A stretch of DNA of 64,000 bases from positions 96,001-160,000 of the IMG/VR virus record IMGVR_UViG_3300026549_000037; one strand, given 5' to 3'. Each line of letters begins with the position of its first letter. Within the stretch, counting starts at the first letter, position 1. The notes below the pieces were generated by a model. That model saw nothing but the letters and a program-made list of their open reading frames with translations. It was not told where the DNA came from and did no database searches. This stretch comes from a virus. Its lineage: Duplodnaviria > Caudoviricetes. Position numbers and translations under genes: made by a program. This document shows positions 16,964 through 27,538 of the stretch, piece by piece.

Positions 16964-17361
16964 CCTTATTGTAATTGATAGTCGTTGGCGAATTTCTCTC
17001 TCCACTGGTGAGATAACTGACTTTGATGGGACTAAGGCGTATGACCCTCCCGAATATATTTTCAAATTCCGTGACGAAGCGTTAGCTGGAAAGTGAGCAT
17101 ATTATGGAATATATTTCAAAGAAAGATTTGATTGAAAAGCTTGAATATACCCTTTGCGATATTTTCTCTTATGTTGATGATTACCCTGAATATACCGAAA
17201 AGGGTTTTTCGAAAGAGCTTGTAAATGAAATTATCAATTCTCTTCCAACCATTACTCTTTCTGACGATTAAAAATATTTCAAAAAACTCTTGACAAATGC
17301 CTTTTGGTATGTTACTATTAAAGCATACCAAGAGGTTATTTATTTTTTAAGGAGTTTATAT

Positions 17362-17787
17362 ATGTTTTCGGTTGAAACTGCTATTGTTGACGAGATTGTA
17401 AGATACAATAAAGTAGATTGTCCTTTTGTTCTTACCTCAAATTTTCCAGAAGATGTTAAAGAAAAAGTAAATAAAAATTTTAAAGACATTTATAATTTGC
17501 CTACTCTTTGGAGATTACATAAGGCATCTTGTTCTTCGCCTGAATTTCCTGTTTACGATTTTCAATTTTTTAATCTAAAAAGATTGGCTTGGGAAACTTC
17601 TTATCTAAAAATGAAAGATGTATCAGAATGGAAAGAATATCTTGAGGGAAAACTTATGCTTGGATTTAATCGAGGCAGAATTCAGTACGATACTCTCATT
17701 AACAACGCAAAAGAATTTCTAAAAAACGAAGAGGGTTGCGTAATTTATGACGCAACAACTACACCAGAATGGAGGACAAAAGAATGA
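17362..17787 (+). CDS. hypothetical protein
   Basis: SD AAGGAG before ATG 17362. Confidence 0.7.
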   Translation: MFSVETAIVDEIVRYNKVDCPFVLTSNFPEDVKEKVNKNFKDIYNLPTLWRLHKASCSSPEFPVYDFQFFNLKRLAWETSYLKMKDVSEWKEYLEGKLMLGFNRGRIQYDTLINNAKEFLKNEEGCVIYDATTTPEWRTKE

Positions 17788-18368
17788 TTCAGATTCGTAA
17801 TAATGTGTTTGAGACAAATTCTTCATCAACACATTCTCTTTGTATTTCAAAAGAGAAATTTGACCCTAAAAATATTCCTGAGTACCTTAATATTACTGCG
17901 GATGAGGATTTTGAGTGGTCTCAAATTACCTATGATACTCCCGAAGAAAAAGCCAACTACATTTTTGAAGTAATGTGCGAATGTGGGAAATTAGCTGAGA
18001 TTAAGGATTTTAAAAACAAAATTAAAAAGCTTGGAATCAAGGCAAGCTATCCAAGGCTTGTCAAAGATAGGTGGGATTGTATTGATATTAGAGGTGATGT
18101 AGACCATGCAGGAGAAGCTGTCCCATTTGTTCACGAGCTTTTGAAAGATAACGATAAACTTTGTCGTTTTCTATTTAATCCTAAGAGTGTTATTTACACG
18201 GGCAGCGACAGTGAAGATGATGGCGACGCAAGTTGTTATGTGGCAGAAGCAGCAGAAAACAATGGCTATACTTGGGGATATGATGAAAACGAAGATTGGA
18301 ACGAAACTCACCATATCCATCCAATGTATGACCCTGAACATTATGAATATTTCTTTAAGGGGAACTAA
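17784..18368 (+). CDS. FETNSSS-motif protein, paralog 1
   Basis: N-terminus MIQIRNNVFETNSSSTHSLCI. Confidence 0.8.
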   Translation: MIQIRNNVFETNSSSTHSLCISKEKFDPKNIPEYLNITADEDFEWSQITYDTPEEKANYIFEVMCECGKLAEIKDFKNKIKKLGIKASYPRLVKDRWDCIDIRGDVDHAGEAVPFVHELLKDNDKLCRFLFNPKSVIYTGSDSEDDGDASCYVAEAAENNGYTWGYDENEDWNETHHIHPMYDPEHYEYFFKGN

Positions 18369-18370
18369 AA

Positions 18371-18631
18371 GTGTACAACTTAATGAGTAATAAATTTGAC
18401 CGTCTTGGTGCTCGTATTTATGCAGTAACTTTTCTTGAATATACCAGCGCTCTACAAAATTGTGTGTCTTACAATCCAACACACGAAATCGGTAAAGCAG
18501 AATATATTTATACTGAACAAGGCACAGGTAAAATTCTTGTAAGCGAAACTAATATTGATAAAATTAAGAAGTTTGGCATTAAAGATTTAACCTTTGTGGG
18601 CTATCTTCCTGATAATCTTTTCTATCTTTAA
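18371..18631 (+). CDS. hypothetical protein
   Basis: Operon-coupled ORF. Confidence 0.65.
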   Translation: MYNLMSNKFDRLGARIYAVTFLEYTSALQNCVSYNPTHEIGKAEYIYTEQGTGKILVSETNIDKIKKFGIKDLTFVGYLPDNLFYL

Positions 18632-18646
18632 TTGAGGTGATTTTAA

Positions 18647-19249
18647 ATGATTCAGATTCGAGACAATACTTTCGAAACAAATTCCAGTTCCAGTCACTCC
18701 CTAATTATTACTGATTTCGATGGCAAGTATACGCCCGAAGAAATGATGAAGGGTATCTATCTTTGGAATGATAAGGAAACAAGAATGTACGAAAACAATC
18801 TTGAATTTTATCGTTCTCCTTTTTCTCTACTTGCAACTTTTGAATCTAAGTCTCGTTATGCTATTGCATCTTCACAGGGTCATTTAGCTGATGAAGTTGA
18901 AAAAATTTGGCATAAGTATATTCCAAATTTTAATGGATTTAAATTTGATATGAAAACCGAAGAATACGACTATGACAAAAAGGAATGGGTAGACCTTGAC
19001 GAACCTAAGCCTATTTACGGTGGAACTGATGATTACCAAATCGAGGGTTGGCTTAAAAGTTACAATGTAAGCCTTGAAGATTTTCTCACAATGCGTCGTT
19101 ATATGGTGGTTTGCGATGGAGACGAAACGCACGAATGGTATCACATTCTTGATAGCGGTCTTGTGGATAAATCTCACATTATCCATGACAGTGAAAAAGA
19201 AGTTGCGGAAGCGTGGAAGAGAAAGTACGAAGAGGAAAACAAAAAGTGA
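18647..19249 (+). CDS. FETNSSS-motif protein, paralog 2
   Basis: N-terminus MIQIRDNTFETNSSSSHSLII. Confidence 0.8.
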   Translation: MIQIRDNTFETNSSSSHSLIITDFDGKYTPEEMMKGIYLWNDKETRMYENNLEFYRSPFSLLATFESKSRYAIASSQGHLADEVEKIWHKYIPNFNGFKFDMKTEEYDYDKKEWVDLDEPKPIYGGTDDYQIEGWLKSYNVSLEDFLTMRRYMVVCDGDETHEWYHILDSGLVDKSHIIHDSEKEVAEAWKRKYEEENKK

Positions 19250-19746
19250 ATTCTTTTACTATCAAACATATTACAGGTAATGTTCTTGATTCTGATGCTC
19301 CTATCATTGCACATCAAGTTAATTGCCAAGGCGTAATGGGAGCAGGAGTAGCAAAGTGTATTCGTGAAAAATACCCTGACATTATGTTCACTTATTCCAG
19401 ATGGTGTAAAAATTATCAACCTCAATATCTTCTCGGGCAGGTACTTGATTATTGCACAGATAAAAATCAAATTATCGCAAATTGTTTTGCGCAAAATAAA
19501 ACAGGTTCAGGTCGTATGACTGATTATGAAGCTTTTTATTGTTGCCTCGAAAACCTCAAAAAGGGAATTAAGTATTATGGTTTTGAACACCGAATTGCTT
19601 TTCCTTATAAGATTGGCTGTGGTCTTGGAGGAGGAGACTGGGATGTTATCTTAGCTATGATTAAGTCCGTTTTTGGTCACGATGGTGACTATACCATTGA
19701 GTTTTGGTCTCTTGACGAATTCGATGTAATTCCAGTAGTATGCTAA
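19246..19746 (+). CDS. macrodomain (ADP-ribose-processing) protein
   Basis: IAHQVNCQGVMGAGVA and AFPYKIGCGLGGGDW; GTG start overlapping the upstream stop. Confidence 0.9.
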   Translation: MNSFTIKHITGNVLDSDAPIIAHQVNCQGVMGAGVAKCIREKYPDIMFTYSRWCKNYQPQYLLGQVLDYCTDKNQIIANCFAQNKTGSGRMTDYEAFYCCLENLKKGIKYYGFEHRIAFPYKIGCGLGGGDWDVILAMIKSVFGHDGDYTIEFWSLDEFDVIPVVC

Positions 19747-20034
19747 GTAGTTCTTTATGATAAAAGAGGTTTAGAGATTTTTTCTCTAAACCTCTTGACA
19801 TTTATATATGAGTATGCTATTATAAGTATACAACTTAAGGAGGTTGAACAAAATGACAGAGGAAAATCGTATTTATTGTGCCTATGACACCCTGAATCCT
19901 ACTATCAATCCTGATGGTTCTGAAAAGCATTGGTGCTCTCATTACGGCAGTTATGTTTGTAAGGGCTGTGACCATCGGTTTGATGGAGACCGCATTAAGA
20001 AGTATATGGAAGACCATCCAAAGGAGCATTAACT

Positions 20035-20994
20035 ATGGAAAATAATTGGGTTTCTTACAAAAATGGAAATTATAATGTCCATTTAGACCTCGTTAGCGGA
20101 ACAAAGATTCGTGAAAATAATCTCACTTTCTTTCAGGCTGACCGTCCAGAAAATATTGACATTAAGATTACAAATCGCTGTACCAATCCTTGTGGCACAA
20201 AAGAATGTCCTAAGAACTGTGAGTTTTGCCATGAAAATTCTGGTCCTAATGGCAAGCACTCTGACGCTCTTAACTCTAAGTTCCTTGAGACACTTCCTGA
20301 GTGGACAGAGTGCGCTCTCGGTGGCGGAAATGTACTGGAATATCCCGACCTTGTGCCGCTTCTGTATAAGATGAAAAATCTTCATTTGATTTCCAATATC
20401 ACTGTTAATCAGAAGCACTTCATGGAAAATCTTTCTCTTCTGCGCGAGCTTAATAATCAGAAGCTCATTTATGGTCTTGGTATTTCTCTTACTAATCCTT
20501 ACGAAGAGGGATTTATTGCGGCTGTTAAAAGTTTTCCTAATGCTGTTATTCATGTGATTAATGGCGTTGTAACTCTTGCACAGCTTTCAGCTCTTGGTTG
20601 TAAAGACCTTAAGATTCTGATTCTTGGCTATAAGGAAGTTCGTCGTGGTGTAGCATATAAGGCTGATGTAGACCACATGGTTGAATTCCGTAAAAATCGA
20701 CTTTACGCAAGTCTTCCGTTTATCGCAGAACATAATTGGTTCAAGACAATTTCTTTTGACAATCTTGCCATTGAGCAACTTGAACCTAAGCGTTTCCTGA
20801 GTGATGAATTCTATCAGGAACATTATCTTGGTTGTGATGGAATTGATGGTGAAACTCAGACTTCCGCTTCGTATTATGTTGACCTTGTGGAAAATGTATT
20901 TGCTCGTAATTCTTGTGATGTAAACCATCGCTATCCACTTGAAAACCATACTGCTACGGAGTGTTATCAACTTCTCCGCGACAATAAAATCTAA
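20035..20994 (+). CDS. radical SAM protein
   Basis: CxxxCxxC (CPKNCEFC), ALGGGN, NITVN. Confidence 0.88.
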   Translation: MENNWVSYKNGNYNVHLDLVSGTKIRENNLTFFQADRPENIDIKITNRCTNPCGTKECPKNCEFCHENSGPNGKHSDALNSKFLETLPEWTECALGGGNVLEYPDLVPLLYKMKNLHLISNITVNQKHFMENLSLLRELNNQKLIYGLGISLTNPYEEGFIAAVKSFPNAVIHVINGVVTLAQLSALGCKDLKILILGYKEVRRGVAYKADVDHMVEFRKNRLYASLPFIAEHNWFKTISFDNLAIEQLEPKRFLSDEFYQEHYLGCDGIDGETQTSASYYVDLVENVFARNSCDVNHRYPLENHTATECYQLLRDNKI

Positions 20995-21185
20995 CGGGGG
21001 GAAAATAAAATGAGTTTACTTGGATTTGGCTCTCCTTTTGCAGACATTTTCATGGCTATGACAATGGATAACCGCTTTAACGAGCCAAAAGATAATTTTG
21101 GTATTCCCTCTACTCCTGATGTTTGGGATGAAGAGGAACTTGACAACGATTATTTTTCAGATTACGAAAGCGAGGAAGATTTTTA

Positions 21186-21812
21186 ATGTATATTCTTTTT
21201 GACCCTAACACCAACGATTATGTTTGTCGAGCTTCAAACGGGGGATATAATATCTGTAAAGGAATTTCTCAGTCTGCCTTATTTTCTACTGAAAAGGGTG
21301 CTCTAAACATCCTTAATAACGGTGGCATTCCAAAACTGATTGCTTCAAAGCATACCTTTAAGCCTACTCGCGTTACCACAAAGTCTGGTAAGGCATATAA
21401 AATTATCAATCCTGCCGAACCTGCTCCTATTAAGGCTTTTGATTTCTCTGCCCCAGAGGAAATCCGCAAGGCTGCTGATTATCTTGGTCGAGTAATGGAA
21501 GACGCTGCTGGACTTTCTCTTTCTATTGCTAATATGGACAGAGAAATTAGCGATATTCAGCACTACATTGAAACCAAGCCGCTTAATGCCGCACAGCGTA
21601 GTCATATCTTCAAGATTTATCGAGAAAAGTTGGCAGAACGTAGGCTTTATAAAAATCTTCAAGATATTACTTCTACAATGGAAAACGCTCATATCAGCGA
21701 AAAGAATCTTAAGAATATCGTACATTCAGTTGATGGTCTTGATACAAAGACATATTCGCCTCGTAGCGCCTTTGGCGAAATTTTGTTCGGTGTAAAGAAA
21801 GTGGAGGAATAA
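21186..21812 (+). CDS. hypothetical protein with coiled coil
   Basis: DREISDIQHYIE...ERRLYK...YSPR. Confidence 0.8.
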   Translation: MYILFDPNTNDYVCRASNGGYNICKGISQSALFSTEKGALNILNNGGIPKLIASKHTFKPTRVTTKSGKAYKIINPAEPAPIKAFDFSAPEEIRKAADYLGRVMEDAAGLSLSIANMDREISDIQHYIETKPLNAAQRSHIFKIYREKLAERRLYKNLQDITSTMENAHISEKNLKNIVHSVDGLDTKTYSPRSAFGEILFGVKKVEE

Positions 21813-21963
21813 TTATGGTTCTTATGACTAATGACCAGATGAAAGCACTTCTTAGTGCAATGCTTAACGGACTTCTGGAAGATTCTGAATTTACACGCAA
21901 AGATATGTGTGATATTCTTGAAGACCTCGCTGACGAATTTCGTTATTAAGAAAGGAGTATATT

Positions 21964-22743
21964 ATGGGATATTGGGACCCGCCTGAGTATTTTGATGAAG
22001 CAAAGTTTCCTGAAATTGATGCTGAAACTGATACTCTTATTGAGCATTTAGTTGGAGCAATTAAAGAGGAATATAAAGACAAGATTGCGAAAGAATCTGA
22101 CGCTTATCAAGACCTTAAAGCAAGTTATGACAGCTTGCGTAGAGAACTAACAAATAAAAACAGTGACCTTTTAGCTAAAGATGGGCTAATTGAAACTCTC
22201 AATAAAGAATTAGCTAAAAAGAAAACGGAACACCCCTCTTTTAAGTTTAATATCGGAGATACTGTATATTTTTCAAGAGTTGCTTATAATTCAGAAAAAA
22301 AGGTTTTCTGTCCTCGTTGTGGGGGAAAGGGATGTATCACACTTGATGTTAAAACTAATAATCTTCCTGCTGACATTACAGACCCTGTAACATACATTTG
22401 TCCAGACTGTAGAAATTCTACTGAAAGCTACCTTTATAATAAGGCGAAGCATTTTAGGGAATATCGTTATTACAACTATTACGTTGAAAAGGGAAAAGTT
22501 CTCAAAATTGAGTACGTTATTGGCGAAAATGAAACCTCGACGCGATATTTTGTTAAGTCTGCAACACAAACATCTTCTTATTCTTTTGCTGAACAAGATT
22601 TATATGAAACCTTTGAGCAAGCCTCTCCCGCAGCACAATGTGATAAGGAGCTTTCTTATATCGAAGCTTGCAATAAAGTTGGCATTGCTCCAAATTTGAT
22701 TAATAAAGAGGCTTCTTCCGATGTTAAACTTACAGCCCTGTAA
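21964..22743 (+). CDS. coiled-coil protein with DnaJ-type CxxCxGxG Zn finger
   Basis: CPRCGGKG...CPDC. Confidence 0.75.
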   Translation: MGYWDPPEYFDEAKFPEIDAETDTLIEHLVGAIKEEYKDKIAKESDAYQDLKASYDSLRRELTNKNSDLLAKDGLIETLNKELAKKKTEHPSFKFNIGDTVYFSRVAYNSEKKVFCPRCGGKGCITLDVKTNNLPADITDPVTYICPDCRNSTESYLYNKAKHFREYRYYNYYVEKGKVLKIEYVIGENETSTRYFVKSATQTSSYSFAEQDLYETFEQASPAAQCDKELSYIEACNKVGIAPNLINKEASSDVKLTAL

Positions 22744-22984
22744 ATATTGCGGTAAGACTCCAAAAGTGTCTCCATTGGTGACACGAGCAATTTTAAAACA
22801 GGTTCAAAGCAATTCAAAGTCAAAGATTTTTAAAATGCAGATTGAAAGAATTGAAGTCCCTGTTTTTTACACCGTTCAATGTCAGAATAATAAATGCAAG
22901 AACCACTTGCACAAATTCCCCAATAAAATGATTTCTGAGGATTCTATAAATGGAGCTATTCTAAAATGGAATCAGCAAAATTAA
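22721..22984 (+). CDS. Lar-like Zn-finger protein
   Basis: LQPCKYCG...C...C...AILKWN pattern. Confidence 0.6.
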   Translation: MLNLQPCKYCGKTPKVSPLVTRAILKQVQSNSKSKIFKMQIERIEVPVFYTVQCQNNKCKNHLHKFPNKMISEDSINGAILKWNQQN

Positions 22985-23262
22985 ATTCTTTCTTTTTTGT
23001 AGGTAAAGACCCTTCTGAAAACCCTCATATCGGAGATATTTGGCGTAGTGGTGGAATAGGAAACTCAATGATGGTTTGGACAGAAAATGGAGCAGTTGAA
23101 ATTGGTGACATACCAAGTTCTTTGGATTACGATTATTCTCCTATGACAGACAAATTGGAATATCCTACTCATTGTCCTTCTTGTGGAGCACCAGTTAATT
23201 CTTCTCGCCGCAAATGTGAATATTGTGGAGTAGAATACAGAAAAATTTCTTACAAAAGTTAA
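22966..23262 (+). CDS. Zn-ribbon hypothetical protein
   Basis: CPSCGAP...CEYCG, similar to 387..689. Confidence 0.7.
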   Translation: MESAKLNSFFFVGKDPSENPHIGDIWRSGGIGNSMMVWTENGAVEIGDIPSSLDYDYSPMTDKLEYPTHCPSCGAPVNSSRRKCEYCGVEYRKISYKS

Positions 23263-23344
23263 TAAATAATTTTTTAATCTCCCTTGACAGGTGCGTAAAA
23301 CCGTGTTATACTAACGGTAGTAAACCATCAAGGGAGGTTATTTT

Positions 23345-23905
23345 ATAAATATTCTTTTTCTCGATTATGATGGAGTAGTAAACACTCCTCAATGGCGTCC
23401 TCATCCAGCAGACCCTTCCAGAATGCTTTGTACTTATAACTTCCCCCGTGATAACAAGGTAAATGATTTCCAATGTGTTCAATGGATTTCTGAGTTTTGT
23501 CAAAAGTATAATTATCATATTGTAGTTTCATCTTCTTGGAGATGGGAAGACAATTACAAGGAATGTCTCATCAATGGCGGACTTAGACAGGGAATTAAAA
23601 TTCTTGGAAAGACCCCAGATTATTCAAGATACTATGGAGCTACACGAGGAGATGAGATTCAAGCGTGGCTTGATATTCATCACGAAGAAAACATTAACTT
23701 TCTTATTGTAGATGATACTTGCGAAGAGGATTTTGAAGTCCACAAATGGGATTGGGAAAACAATAAAATTACTGGCTTGGATAAATTCCAAACGCTTAAG
23801 CTCCAAGACAGATTTATTCAAACCAATACACTGATTGGATTTAGAGAGCCAAGCTTCCACTATGCAGAGCAGATTCATCAAGCTTTTAACGCAAATAAGA
23901 ACTAA
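23345..23905 (+). CDS. HAD-family phosphatase (RNA-repair 'Swiss-army-knife' type), ATA start
   Basis: Extending ORF 23423 upstream gives ILFLDYDGVVN (HAD motif I); also VVSSSWR, RGDEI, IVDD; SD GGAGG before ATA 23345. Confidence 0.85.
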   Translation: MNILFLDYDGVVNTPQWRPHPADPSRMLCTYNFPRDNKVNDFQCVQWISEFCQKYNYHIVVSSSWRWEDNYKECLINGGLRQGIKILGKTPDYSRYYGATRGDEIQAWLDIHHEENINFLIVDDTCEEDFEVHKWDWENNKITGLDKFQTLKLQDRFIQTNTLIGFREPSFHYAEQIHQAFNANKN

Positions 23906-23938
23906 AACAAACCAAAAAAATAAAAGGAGATTTTTATT

Positions 23939-24316
23939 ATGTTGCCTGTAAGTGTCGATGGAGTGATTTGGCTGACCACGAATTACACCGCATATAACAC
24001 ACCAATTATTGTTGGTGTCCTTGAGTATGCTTTATTGGCATTAAGCTTTTGTGTTGCGTTAATAGCAACTTTCTTCTGGTTTAGTTTTAAAGAAAAGTGT
24101 TTAACGCTATATTTAATCGCGATTTTTGTATGCTGTATGATTTCATTTTTAGCTATTTACCACGGCGATAAGAAAAACCGAGAAAATTTTATCCCTGAAC
24201 CTATTTCTTATGTAGTGTACATTGAAGATAATGCAGATTACAAAACGCTTATCCAAAATTATACTATTGAATCCGAGCAAGATAATCTCACAACTATTGT
24301 TCTAAAGGAGAATTAA
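23939..24316 (+). CDS. membrane protein (2 TM)
   Basis: Hydrophobic segments; paralog-like to 25064. Confidence 0.75.
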   Translation: MLPVSVDGVIWLTTNYTAYNTPIIVGVLEYALLALSFCVALIATFFWFSFKEKCLTLYLIAIFVCCMISFLAIYHGDKKNRENFIPEPISYVVYIEDNADYKTLIQNYTIESEQDNLTTIVLKEN

Positions 24317-24317
24317 A

Positions 24318-25064
24318 ATGACAAATTATCTATATGAAAACATTCGAAAAATTCCTGCAAATCTAACGTGTGGTGATTTGATAGATTTGCGTCAATATTT
24401 GATTGATGCTGTAAATTGTTACCATAATATTTCACGTCAAGACAAACAGGCCATTGGAGGACAAATCTTCGCTAAATTTGAATATAAAATTTTTAAGGCT
24501 GTTAATTCTTATCTTGAGACGATGGACTCTCATTCTGATGATATTACCAATAATCTCGAAACTGATAAGCACCTAACAGATACAACCAACAATCCATGGT
24601 CTACTTCCCCACAAATCCCCACTATTATCCACAACGTCAATGAATTTGGCCATACTCCTAAACGCAATTCTACTCCTAAACTAAGACATATTCTTACTGA
24701 TGCGGCAAAAAAAGACATTAAGTCGCTGGCAAATCTTTCTCGAATGTTTTGCAATTGGGCTAAAAATGCGAGTTTGGATAGGTCTCCTACCAATTTCTGT
24801 CTTGAATATTATGGCGTAAAGATGGAAGTCTCTTTTGCTGTAAACGATGCTGCTGTCTATTTGCGTTTCGAAGGTCTTAATACAATCAACAAATTCTATT
24901 CATTCCGTTGTAGTCCAAGTGTAAAGCATAAATCTTTCTCGCGTGAATTTTGGAGCACTTATCGTAGACGCATGACCAAGACTATCGCAAAGGTTATGCG
25001 AGATATTGATAATAATCCTAACAATTGGTCTTACATGGAAGTTAAAAGGGGAGATTTGGATTAA
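24318..25064 (+). CDS. hypothetical protein
   Basis: ORF with SD AAGGAG. Confidence 0.8.
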   Translation: MTNYLYENIRKIPANLTCGDLIDLRQYLIDAVNCYHNISRQDKQAIGGQIFAKFEYKIFKAVNSYLETMDSHSDDITNNLETDKHLTDTTNNPWSTSPQIPTIIHNVNEFGHTPKRNSTPKLRHILTDAAKKDIKSLANLSRMFCNWAKNASLDRSPTNFCLEYYGVKMEVSFAVNDAAVYLRFEGLNTINKFYSFRCSPSVKHKSFSREFWSTYRRRMTKTIAKVMRDIDNNPNNWSYMEVKRGDLD

Positions 25065-25429
25065 TGAACGATTTTGCTATTCAGGGCGTAACTATTTTAG
25101 GCACAGAAATATCCAATCACGTTTTTGCTCTATCGCTTCTTTTTATTTTTTCGTTTCTTTCTTTAGGCCTTTTTGTTCTTGTGTGCGCAGGTATTTCTGA
25201 TAAGGAATATCTTGCTGCTGTTATTTGTTCTTTATTGTGTATGATGTCAATATTTATAGCATTTTTAGCTTATAAAGACTGGAAAGCCCCACCAGAAACT
25301 ATTTATACAATTTCCATTGATGATACAGCGAGTTATAATGAAATAAAAAACAACTTTTATTACATTCGTGAACTTCCAAATGGTCTATATGAAGTTAAAC
25401 TAACAGAAAATAATTCTCAAAATGACTAA
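25064..25429 (+). CDS. membrane protein (2 TM)
   Basis: Hydrophobic segments then YTISIDD. Confidence 0.75.
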   Translation: MNDFAIQGVTILGTEISNHVFALSLLFIFSFLSLGLFVLVCAGISDKEYLAAVICSLLCMMSIFIAFLAYKDWKAPPETIYTISIDDTASYNEIKNNFYYIRELPNGLYEVKLTENNSQND

Positions 25430-25841
25430 AAATCGAAGAAGATTCTATCACAATTTGTTCCATTTGTCTCCCATTCCCAATTTAACAGTTCTTACTCCTC
25501 GTATTCCAGAAGCGGCGTATTGGGGTTACGAAGATAAAAAACAAAAAAGAGTATGTTTTTCTACTTCAATTAAAAGATGTTTAATTGCTTTATCAGATTG
25601 TAATGGGCAATATTATGTGTATATCCCTGTAAATCAGCACAAAGCTTACAGTCCAACACCAACAGAAGTTGTTGATGTAAGTGAGACAAGCGAAAAATGG
25701 ATTACTCGCCCAGTTAAAGTTAAATGTATAGGGGCTATTGTTCCTACCACATATACCGTGCAAGAAGTTTACTTCCCCATACATGATGAAACTCTTGGTA
25801 TATTTACTTATGGCTGGAAATGGATAGAGAAATATAATTAA
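25422..25841 (+). CDS. hypothetical phage protein
   Basis: FHLS...PRIP...RVCFSTSI...E.WI pattern. Confidence 0.75.
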   Translation: MTKNRRRFYHNLFHLSPIPNLTVLTPRIPEAAYWGYEDKKQKRVCFSTSIKRCLIALSDCNGQYYVYIPVNQHKAYSPTPTEVVDVSETSEKWITRPVKVKCIGAIVPTTYTVQEVYFPIHDETLGIFTYGWKWIEKYN

Positions 25842-26086
25842 TAAACTCTTGACAAACCTCTATTTTTATGGTAAGATAATCTCAAACCAAAGAATAGAGG
25901 TTTTGTTTATGACCGCTCCTAATAACATTTGTATTTACGCCGACCCTTTCCCCGATGGGGAGCTTCATTGTTTGGCATATTCAGAAGCGAAGTATCCTAA
26001 CGGAAAAATGAATTTGCATTTTCCTGTTTGCTCTAAAAAGAATTGCCCTTTAAAGAATCCTAAACTTTTAAACGGAGGTAGTCTTA

Positions 26087-26422
26087 ATGTCCGATAAGAG
26101 AGAACTGTCTGGTTGGCTTGCTCCTAATGGGGATTTTACTCCTGTGTTTTGGAGAGGACAGGATGAAATGAGTGAACAACTCTGTTCAATGTTGGGTTTG
26201 GAAGAATTTTTCTTGCCTGATGAAGAACTCATTAAAAGAGGTTGGCTTAGAATTAGTTGTGTCACGCTCAATGGTGGACCAATCATTAATATTGGAATGA
26301 GAGAAGACACTCATTTTACAGAAAGCCAAAAGAATTTTCTTCGTCCTTATTTCGAGGATAGGGAGCATTATGAGTTTTTTGCCTATCTCTATGCCATTTG
26401 GGAGGAAGAAAATGAGCTCTAA
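26087..26422 (+). CDS. hypothetical protein, paralog of 26833
   Basis: GWLAPNG...GWL...TESQK. Confidence 0.75.
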   Translation: MSDKRELSGWLAPNGDFTPVFWRGQDEMSEQLCSMLGLEEFFLPDEELIKRGWLRISCVTLNGGPIINIGMREDTHFTESQKNFLRPYFEDREHYEFFAYLYAIWEEENEL

Positions 26423-26855
26423 GAAATATAATTCATATCTACAAAGAAAAGTTTTAGACTTTCTAACTCTTTCGGAAGGGTGGGGAGGAGAAGATACATT
26501 TCCCTTTAATTTTGAATTCGTAAATTTTTGTGCAGCTATTGCAGTACATTTGGGTACAAAATATCCTTGGGAATCTTTCCCCACTTATGATAATTCTATT
26601 CAATTTAAAATCAATCTATATAACAGGGCTAATCCTGACGAATGTGACTTTTATTTTGAATTTGAAATCTATCCAAAAGAAGATACGCTTGGAGAAATTG
26701 ATAGAATTTCTTATCTTTTTATAAAAGAACAGGAATATCAAAATGCTCTTGGTGGATTTCTTGAGCTTAAACCAAACTCTTCTCCCGCTGACATTGCAAA
26801 TTACTTTAACACTCTTGTAGGAGATTATATTTATGAACAAACCAAAAGAATTTAA
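26412..26855 (+). CDS. hypothetical protein
   Basis: SD GGAGG before ATG. Confidence 0.7.
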   Translation: MSSKKYNSYLQRKVLDFLTLSEGWGGEDTFPFNFEFVNFCAAIAVHLGTKYPWESFPTYDNSIQFKINLYNRANPDECDFYFEFEIYPKEDTLGEIDRISYLFIKEQEYQNALGGFLELKPNSSPADIANYFNTLVGDYIYEQTKRI

Positions 26856-27183
26856 ATTAGGTTGGCTTTCTCCTGATGGTGAATTAGTAGAATGTCATAC
26901 CTTTGACCATATTTCTTCTGCCAGCGAAATTTGTGATAAGCTTGGTTATTCTTATGCTAATGCAAGAGGAAATGCGCCTGATGATGTTTTGCTTGCTCAT
27001 GGGTGGTTACATCTAACATATTCTATGCTTGACCATGAATATAGGATTTATTACGCTTATTTTAATCATGTTAGGCTAACAGAAACACAAAAGGCTTATA
27101 TTCGTCCTTTCAAGGAAATGGGATATACTTTTGGAGACTTGTTTGAGATGACTTGGGAGGAAAATGATGAGGAATTTAATTAA
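26833..27183 (+). CDS. hypothetical protein, paralog of 26087
   Basis: GWLSPDG...GWL...TETQK. Confidence 0.75.
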   Translation: MNKPKEFKLGWLSPDGELVECHTFDHISSASEICDKLGYSYANARGNAPDDVLLAHGWLHLTYSMLDHEYRIYYAYFNHVRLTETQKAYIRPFKEMGYTFGDLFEMTWEENDEEFN

Positions 27184-27538
27184 GAAAATTGCTCTGGCTC
27201 TTGTGAGTATTTTCTTTTTTGCATCTCTTTTTTATGGTTATATGAATTAGAGGAACAAAGACATGGACAACATTATTCATATTCCATTTAGCTACGATAT
27301 TTGGAAGCCCTCAGAAATGAGGTATTTCATTGATAAAGAAGCACAACGCTGTTTCAAAAGTGACAATCCAGAAGAAATTCTAAACCGTTCTTATTTTTCT
27401 ATGTATGTGGAATGGTGGCTGCATAATATCGGCTATTACGCAACATATCCTTTGTGTGACGATTTTAATTATTTTTCCAAGCTAAACGAAAGATTTAGAG
27501 ATGTTGATTTAGAGGAATGGAAAAGGAGTGTTGATTAA
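27167..27538 (+). CDS. membrane-anchored protein with in-frame TAG at 27248-27250
   Basis: SD GGGAGG, then MRNLIKKIALALVSIFFFASLFYGYMN*RNKD continuing in frame into ORF 27263..27538. Confidence 0.65.
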
